Assembly (NCBI RefSeq): GCF_006345805.1
Contig: NW_021829719.1
Location: 1 to 5,882 of the forward strand
Source of the DNA: Octopus sinensis
Lineage: Eukaryota
DNA length: 5,882 bases
Direction: 5' to 3'
Numbering within the stretch: the stretch's first letter is position 1; the number at the start of each line of letters is the position of its first letter. Position numbers and translations under genes: made by a program. The notes below the pieces were generated by a model. The model ran no database searches. It had not been told where the DNA came from and was given only the letters and a program-made list of their open reading frames with translations. This document shows, in pieces, positions 1 through 5,418 of this stretch.

Positions 1-211
1 AACAGCACTTGAAAGGCAAACACAGACAGGTAAGAAAGAAACAATGAAATGACGGCAATCCATCATGCAATTTAAGTTACCTACGGACGTACGTTTCGAG
101 ATCAAGTTGATCTCGAAACGTACGTCCGTAGTTAACTTTAATTGCATGATGGATTGCCGTCATTTCATTGTTTCTTTCTTACCTGTCTGTGTTTGCCTTT
201 CAAGTGCTGTT
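1..211. repeat. Near-perfect inverted repeat (hairpin): 105-bp arms, 1-nt loop; left arm reaches the window edge
   Basis: Position i pairs with 212-i for i=1..105 and the centre is G106 (…GAGATCAA-G-TTGATCTC…). Only two mismatches: T73/T139 and C80/T132. Confidence 0.97.
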
Positions 212-420
212 TTTACTGAGATCCCCCTTTTAGTAAAGGAATAGCTATATCTCTTTGACTGCTATTTCTAAATTCGGTGTGTTGGTGAGGCAATTCGTTG
301 CTAAACCCTTACTACTTAGTATTACTTAAATTTTCCTCGAATGGGGCTTTTACATGCCAAATCTACTTGGTGTAATTGATAATTATCCCTAATTAATTAA
401 TTTCACCTTCTATATTACTG

Positions 421-456
<36 letters not shown>

Positions 457-494
457 ATATATATATATATTATTATATATATGCATATATATAT
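421..494. repeat. Interrupted (TA)n microsatellite
   Basis: Direct reading of the sequence. Confidence 0.95.
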
Positions 495-498
495 TTGT

Positions 499-668
499 TC
501 TTTATTGTTTTCCTTGTTGCAGTCATTTGACTGCGGGCCATGCTTGCAGCACCACTGTAGTCGAACGAGTCGACTCCAGGACTCATCTTTGTAAGCCTAG
601 TACTTATTCTATCGGTCTCTTTTGTCGAACTGCTACGTTACGGAGACGTAATTACACCAACATCGGTT
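499..668 (-). mobile_element. 3' portion of an octopus-type SINE/LINE-tail retroposon (5' head absent)
   Basis: Segment …CAGTCATTTGACTGCGGGCCATGC…GTAAGCCTAGTACTTATTCTATCGGTCTCTTTTG…CATCGGTT resembles a very abundant cephalopod repeat (recalled, not searched). On the minus strand it ends in a stem-loop (GCAGTCA-TT-TGACTGC, 519-534) followed by an A-rich tail. Confidence 0.75.
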
Positions 669-695
669 CTTAAAAAACAACTAACACAAATAACA

Positions 696-707
696 ACACA
701 CACACAC

Positions 708-738
<31 letters not shown>

Positions 739-818
739 CATACATACATACATACATACATACATACATACATACATACATACGTACATACACACACACA
801 CACACACATATAAATATA

Positions 819-854
<36 letters not shown>
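696..854. repeat. Compound microsatellite (CA)n-(TACA)n-(CA)n-(TA)n
   Basis: Direct reading; long near-perfect (TACA)n from about 709 to 790. Confidence 0.95.
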
Positions 855-856
<2 letters not shown>

Positions 857-928
857 CTCTCTCTCGTCTCTCTTTACGGGGTAGTACCAAGGGGTTCCTG
901 GACTAGTTGTGTTTCATGAAAACTTTAC

Positions 929-1565
929 CTAAGTTTTTATATCTTCTTCGAAATAGTCACCTTGCGCAGCAATACACCTGTCTCAGTGTTCCGGCCACGT
1001 TGGGAACCTGGCTTGGAAGTCCTTTTCCGCAAGCGAGTCATTCGCCTTCTGAGATCCGCTCTGGATCTAGACAACGGTGTTAAGACGGCAACCTTTGAGC
1101 CGCATTTTCTTCTTGGGAACGAGATGGAATTCCACAAGCGCTAATTCTGGTAAATAGGGCCGGTGCAGAAGCGACAGTATGTTGCTTTTGGCGAGAAACT
1201 TATGAGAGACGAGACCTCAGTGACAGGGTACATTTTTGTTGTAAAGAATCCACAGATTCGGCTCCTTCCGCCGAATGTCCCCCCGTCCCCAAACGCTTCG
1301 AAACTTCGTTATAGAACTCATGAATGACAGTGTGACACTATGGTACGAATTCTCAATGCACTATACCGCATTTCAGGGGATGATGCCCATGTCAGGTTTA
1401 CCAGATCGTTTATCGTCTTCCGCTTTTGAAGCGCCCTTGTCACTCAAAACATTGTATTCGAGCCATTACCTTGTTACCATAAGCCTGCCTAAGCATGCTC
1501 AATGTCTCGGTAACATCCCCCGGTTTAACGCAAAATTGCACGTTCGTTTTTTTGTTTGAGTCTAT
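929..1565 (-). pseudogene. Mariner (DD34D) transposase pseudogene with stops, frameshifts and a large central deletion
   Basis: Hand translation gives the N-terminal HTH region IDSNKKTNVQFCVKPGDVTETLSMLRQAYGNKVMARIQCFE*QGRFKSG / EDDKRSGKP. It then gives CGIVH*EFVP*CHTVIHEFYNEVSKRL / DIRRKEPNLWILYNKNVPCH*GLVSHKFLAKSNILSLLHRPYLPELALVEFHLVPKKKMRLKGCRLNTVV*IQSGSQKANDSLAEKDFQARFPTWPEH*DRCIAAQGDYFEEDIKT*. These match the mariner motifs WILHHDNAPCH, HPPYSPDLAPxDF and CIxxxGDYFE. There are 34 codons between the eroded 2nd and 3rd catalytic positions (1237 and 1132). Confidence 0.93.
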
Positions 1566-1686
1566 GACAAAGTCGCAGATTACAGTATACATGTGATCAC
1601 AAAGGCAAAAATTTCACAACAGCGATGTGACTCGACTCACTGATTCCAAAAAGTTACTAGTAGCTCACACTGCACACGCAACCGCA

Positions 1687-1702
1687 TGCTGCCATCTGTT
1701 GG
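1687..1702 (-). promoter_or_regulatory. CTCF-like motif inside the mariner 5' UTR
   Basis: Minus strand CCAACAGATGGCAGCA matches the CTCF core CCASYAGRKGGCRSYR at 15 of 16 positions. Motif match only; no binding evidence. Confidence 0.4.
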
Positions 1703-1748
1703 CGCCCTACATAACTACTCCGAGAACGTCATTTTGATATCACCTCTG

Positions 1749-1830
1749 TATGTATGTGTATGTATATGTATACAGATGTGTGTGTCTGTCTGTCTGTCTG
1801 TATGTATGTATGTATGTATGTATGCATGTA
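1749..1830. repeat. Compound (TATG)n/(TG)n/(TCTG)n microsatellite
   Basis: Direct reading. Confidence 0.95.
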
Positions 1831-1856
1831 TCTTGCAAAGACGATCTAAAACTCGA

Positions 1857-2420
1857 CTGAGGATAGGAAGATCCGAATGACCCGTCCTTGTTTTTACCTG
1901 TACTTTTTTGTGTCGTCGAAAGTCCGGATGTTTTGTTGTCGCCTGTTACGTTCTTGTTCCATTTTTTGTTATCTCATATATATATACATCTCACAAACTG
2001 TCTACTCAATGCGTTCAAACTAATTTTTCCATCGTCTTGCTTTAACAGCCCTCATCGTTTGTTTTTACTGTGTTATTCTCCTTGTCGTGTCTTTTACTGT
2101 TTATATTTGTATTGTTTTTACTGTCTTGTTTTGCTTTTAATGTCCTGTTCTTCTTACCACTTTTATCCCTCCGCAAAAAATCCCAAATTTTATTTAATTT
2201 GCTTTGCGGGAAGGACTGTTTCAACGAAGTTGCGTCTTGTCCTTACCTTCGGAACGCGAAGTAGGCGAAACAGGGACAACTGAAGAAGGGGAATATTCCT
2301 TGTGTTGTATGTCTTGTACTCTGTTTTTTCCTTGTTTGAAAAAAGTCCGTTTCCATGTTTTTGTTTTTATGTTTTCGTTTCTCATTGCGTTCAACATTTT
2401 TTGGGTGTCCTGTACCCATA
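1857..2420 (+). mobile_element. Candidate Penelope-like pLTR / retrozyme-like relic with two diverged units
   Basis: Both units share ordered landmarks: CTGA(G/A)GA (1857, 2280), GTC(C)TTGT (1884, 2311), AAGTCCG (1920, 2343; both 63 nt after CTGA) and CTCA(A/T)TGCGTTCAA (2005, 2381). The plus strand is strongly T-rich. No RT or GIY-YIG coding remnant was recognised. Confidence 0.3.
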
Positions 2421-2551
2421 TATGCATGTATATATACATATAGATGTAGGTATGTACATATATGTAAGTATATATGCATATGTTTATATATTATTTATGT
2501 TATTATATGATCGAACGCCACGCATCCATTTCCAAGTACGTTTCATCTTAT

Positions 2552-2585
<34 letters not shown>

Positions 2586-2617
2586 GTATGTCTGTATATG
2601 TATGTTATGTATATATG

Positions 2618-2649
<32 letters not shown>

Positions 2650-2756
2650 ATATTATATATATAATATATATATATGCATGTATGTATATATTATATACAT
2701 ATAACCTATATATATATATATATCTATATATAATATATATAAACATATATATATAT

Positions 2757-2821
<65 letters not shown>
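2418..2821. repeat. Long degenerate (TA)n/(TATG)n/(CA)n microsatellite field
   Basis: Direct reading; a short non-repetitive island lies at about 2509-2548. Confidence 0.93.
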
Positions 2822-2822
<1 letters not shown>

Positions 2823-3164
2823 TTTAAATAAAACCCTTGATTCAATAACACTCTATACTTGAAATGACAAATTGTAAATACTATGGATTCTACTCATAAG
2901 GTATTGGAATCTTATATGTATACCATTCTGCCTAAAAAAATGGATCTAGAAATGCAATATCCGTACATATCTCACATCTGTCTTCTTTTATTTCCTCCAC
3001 CTCACTCTGTATTTTATATCTTATCTAAAGTAACTATTTCTTAACCATCTTCTCACACTGTCTCCGATGAATGGAAACAATAAATATCCTGGAAACAGCT
3101 GTAAGACCTTCTATCTATAACTGTTCTAAAATCTACACAGCCTTGTTTTTTTTTCTCATTACAA

Positions 3165-3169
3165 ATATA

Positions 3170-3207
<38 letters not shown>
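3165..3207. repeat. (TA)n microsatellite
   Basis: Direct reading. Confidence 0.95.
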
Positions 3208-3210
<3 letters not shown>

Positions 3211-3261
3211 TTTGATTTGATTTTTCCAGTTTCAGCTAATGAGCTGTGGCCATGCTGGGGC
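3208..3261 (-). mobile_element. Severely 5'-truncated retroposon 3' tail
   Basis: Minus strand reads GCCCCAGCATGGCCACAGCTCATTAGCTGAAACTGG followed by an (AAATC)n-like tail. It aligns with the tail at 515-550 (shared GGCCATGCT, and a stem-loop at the same position). Confidence 0.65.
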
Positions 3262-3435
3262 CATATATATAATATTTGTATGCATGTGTGTATGTATGTA
3301 TGCACGTACAGTGTCTTGCAGATAAATTGAGACAGAGACAATTTTTACGATGCATAAAACTGGTTATGAACACTAAAATAATGGTAGTAAACAGATATAA
3401 TTTTAATGCAACATTGATTACAACAAAACGCTTTA

Positions 3436-3756
3436 TCACTCTATATGGCTGCCATTTTGGGCAATTTCTGCCTCCACACGAGAACGCAATTTTTTAGCAC
3501 CTGTCGTAACCTTCGTCTTTTTGATTTCGTGTGTCGCACGCATGATGCAGTTCTTAAAACTGGTGACACTTGAATGTGGTGACGCATTGGTCCTTGTTTG
3601 AAGTAAGCTCCATTAAAAGTAATCGAGAAGGGTGAGATCTGAAATATTACTGGGCCAGATGTTGGCCCTCACAAAAACTGGCACCTTCTCACCAAGGAAG
3701 ACCTATGTTGCTTTTAACCCATCGCATGGTACAGAATCCTGGTACAGAATAAACAG
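3436..3756 (-). pseudogene. DD37D transposase C-terminal catalytic fragment with in-frame stops
   Basis: LFILYQDSVPCDGLKAT*VFLGEKVPVFVRANIWPSNISDLTLLDYF*WSLLQTRTNASPHSSVTSFKNCIMRATHEIKKTKVTTGAKKLRSRVEAEIAQNGSHIE*. Matches the motifs QQDSAPxH and WPxxSPDLNPLDY and the …RSRxEAVIxxxGxHIE end. Exactly 37 codons separate D (3738-3736) and D (3624-3622). Confidence 0.92.
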
Positions 3757-3926
3757 TGACGATATTTGGTCGAAAGCTGATGAAGGATTGAACATTTTTG
3801 TCAGTTGTCTTAATTAATTTTTTTTTTCTATATTTTTCTCTTCATAACTTCCTCTCGTGTCCCTTTGAGCTTCATTTTCATCATGTGTGTGTGTGTATGT
3901 GGACTAAGATCCCCTTTGTCAGGCCG

Positions 3927-4109
3927 CTTTTTATGCTTTGATACTGGTGATACGTTTCCATCTTCAGTCTCTAGTTCCTTACAAACTGTCAAGAGGAAAG
4001 GTCTGGCAACTTTTAAAACTCGAGATATTTCTAAATCACTATGCTCAGCCTTTATAACCACAACAACAGCATGCCTTTTCATTTCTTGAGTAAGGTCAGG
4101 ATCTGCCCT
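3927..4109 (-). pseudogene. Tc1/mariner-superfamily transposase N-terminal HTH fragment
   Basis: Part of the supplied ORF 3828-4127: ADPDLTQEMKRHAVVVVIKAEHSDLEISRVLKVARPFLLTVCKELETEDGNVSPVSKHKK. It has an HTH-like pattern recalled from invertebrate DD37D transposases and starts about 65 nt inside the putative 5' TIR. The original ATG probably decayed to AGG or ATA (inference). Confidence 0.75.
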
Positions 4110-4198
4110 TATTATTGTCTTAAACAAAGATTATACAGAGCCAAAAGTGTTGCAATGACCCCCAAAAAATCATGTCCTCAAATATCTTATGCACCTCG

Positions 4199-4246
4199 TA
4201 TATTTATTACACACATACACACACACACACACACACAGACACACAC

Positions 4247-4298
<52 letters not shown>

Positions 4299-4391
4299 TT
4301 ATATATATATATATATATACATACACATACACACACAACACACATTATATATATAATATATATATATAATATATATAATATATATATATAT
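4199..4391. repeat. Compound (CA)n/(TA)n microsatellite
   Basis: Direct reading. Confidence 0.95.
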
Positions 4392-4733
4392 GGTTAGGGC
4401 AGCGGACTCGCGGTCATAGGATCGCGGTTTCAATTCCCAGACCGGGCGTTGTGAGTGTTTTATTGAGCGAAAACACCTAAAAGTTCCAAGAGGCTGCGGC
4501 AGAGGATGGTGGTGATCCCTGCTGTACTCTTTGACCACAACTTTCTCTCACTCTTACTTCCTGTTTCTGTTGTACCTGTATTTCAAGGGCCGGCCTTGTC
4601 ACTCTCTGTGTCACGCTGAATATCCCCGAGAACTACGTTAAGGGTACACGTGTTTGTGGAGTGCTCAGCCACTTACACGTTAATTTCACGAGCAGGCTGT
4701 TCCGTTGATTCGTAACCGACGGAGTGCTTCCAT

Positions 4734-4735
<2 letters not shown>
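4391..4735 (+). mobile_element. tRNA-derived SINE (octopus type), slightly 5'-truncated
   Basis: tRNA-like head with an A-box remnant TGGTTAGG (4391-4398) and a B-box-like GGTTTCAATTCC (4426-4437), followed by about 300 nt of tRNA-unrelated body and a (CCAT)/(TA)n tail. No acceptor-stem 3' half, so it is not a tRNA gene. Confidence 0.85.
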
Positions 4736-4792
<57 letters not shown>

Positions 4793-4804
4793 TATATATA
4801 TAAT
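4736..4804. repeat. (TA)n microsatellite
   Basis: Direct reading. Confidence 0.95.
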
Positions 4805-4919
4805 ATCACGTGATCACGTGACCGACCAGACCATCAGATGTGTTACACATCGCTGGTCACAATGTGTCGCATTGTTTAGCCGTCGAATGAACCACCCGCT
4901 GGCTAAGCGAGCAGGCCAA
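4805..4919 (-). mobile_element. Short retroposon 3'-end fragment terminating in (CACGTGAT)2
   Basis: Minus strand TTGGCCTGCTCGCTTAGCCAGCGG…GACCAGCGATGTGTAACACATCTGATGGTCTGGTCGGTCACGTGATCACGTGAT resembles a recalled abundant cephalopod repeat. It has an internal stem GATGTGT/ACACATC, a short tandem tail, and (TA)n on both sides. Family and orientation are not verified. Confidence 0.55.
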
Positions 4920-4937
4920 TATATATATATATATATA

Positions 4938-5177
4938 TGGCAAATGAAAGACGGAAAATGGAATATAAGAGAATTTATTATTAATCACGGCAAAGGTTTC
5001 AATACATCTAGAATCAATCCCTCGTGGGTGGGAAAGTCAACAACTAGTTCCGGAGATACATCTGCACCAGTTGTTGGGTGTTCCACCCACGAGAAATCGA
5101 TGCTAGCTGTATCGAAACAATTGTCGTGATTAGTAATAAATTCTTGTATATTCCATCTTTCCATCTTTCATTTGCCA
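4938..5177. mobile_element. Fold-back / MITE-like element: about 108-bp imperfect inverted arms, 23-nt centre, TA flanks
   Basis: Arm 4938-5045 aligns to the reverse complement of 5069-5177 with 17 mismatches and 1 gap in 109 columns (about 83%). Ends are TGGCAAATGAAAGA…TCTTTCATTTGCCA, with TA at 4936-4937 and 5178-5179. The centre contains a further AGAT-AC-ATCT stem. Confidence 0.8.
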
Positions 5178-5229
5178 TATACATATAGATTACTGCGAAA
5201 GTGACCGTGATTTTCCAGTAAGCTGCAAG

Positions 5230-5283
5230 GTGTAAACCGTTCGTTTTATTATCTGTAATATATGTATATATATATATTTATAC

Positions 5284-5327
<44 letters not shown>

Positions 5328-5418
5328 TATATATATATATATATATAATATATATATATATATAATATATATATATACACATACATATATTACAGATAAT
5401 AAAACGAATGGTTTACAC
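5230..5418. repeat. Inverted repeat with 38-bp arms enclosing a (TA)n tract
   Basis: GTGTAAACCGTTCGTTTTATTATCTGTAATATATGTAT (5230-5267) equals the reverse complement of 5381-5418 except at G5239/T5409. The spacer is degenerate (TA)n. Confidence 0.93.

Larger units (their letters stand above)
877..1748 (-). mobile_element. Internally deleted, non-autonomous DD34D mariner DNA transposon (872 bp)
   Basis: TA on both flanks (875-876, 1749-1750). Degenerate TIRs: CGGGGTAGTACCAAGGGGTTCCTGGACTAGTT (877-908) versus the reverse complement of 1713-1748, CAGAGGTGATATCAAAATGACGTTCTCGGAGTAGTT. Mariner transposase remnants lie between them. Confidence 0.9.
3309..4198 (-). mobile_element. Internally deleted DD37D (maT/mori-type) DNA transposon relic, possibly composite (890 bp)
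   Basis: TA on both flanks (3307-3308, 4199-4200). Putative TIRs CAGTGTCTTGCAGATAAATTGAGACA (3309-3334) and CGAGGTGCATAAGATATTTGAGGACA (reverse complement of 4173-4198) agree mainly in their inner half. N- and C-terminal transposase fragments lie in the correct order on the minus strand. Confidence 0.75.

Noticed and set aside
27-36. Strong splice donor CAG|GTAAGA, mirrored at 176-185 on the minus strand
   Set aside because: No convincing open exon upstream on the minus strand (stops in all three frames within 212-300), and a single donor-like 9-mer is expected by chance.
1-211. Parvoviral/densoviral ITR or protelomerase-type telomere as a firm call
   Set aside because: No Rep/NS1, capsid, polymerase or resolvase remnant in the window, and the adjacent DNA is ordinary host repeat. 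Kept only as one hypothesis.
937-1559. Supplied ORFs 937-1137(-), 962-1144(+) and 1275-1559(+) as genes
   Set aside because: They are off-frame or antisense readings of the mariner pseudogene; the meaningful frame contains stops and was not in the track.
2234-2279. HDV-like ribozyme, suggested by the GGCGAAACAGGGAC ending and a P2-like GTCCTT/AGGGAC stem
   Set aside because: Could not place P1, P3 and P1.1 in the required nested double-pseudoknot order.
1686-2851. ORFs rich in Y/I/C/V/F/L, including the hydrophobic 131-aa ORF at 1888-2283
   Set aside because: Composition comes from microsatellites and T-rich low-complexity DNA. No start context, splice structure or recognisable domain.
3159-3817. 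ORFs 3159-3341, 3236-3439, 3276-3497 and 3632-3817
   Set aside because: Microsatellite read-through, or antisense/UTR readings of the DD37D relic.
3828-4127. 99-aa minus-strand ORF as an intact gene
   Set aside because: Only the transposase N-terminal fragment is meaningful. It starts at TTG and runs into (CA)n-derived THTH filler.
4391-4445. tRNA gene
   Set aside because: A/B-box-like motifs are present, but there is no complete cloverleaf or acceptor stem, and the sequence continues into a SINE body.
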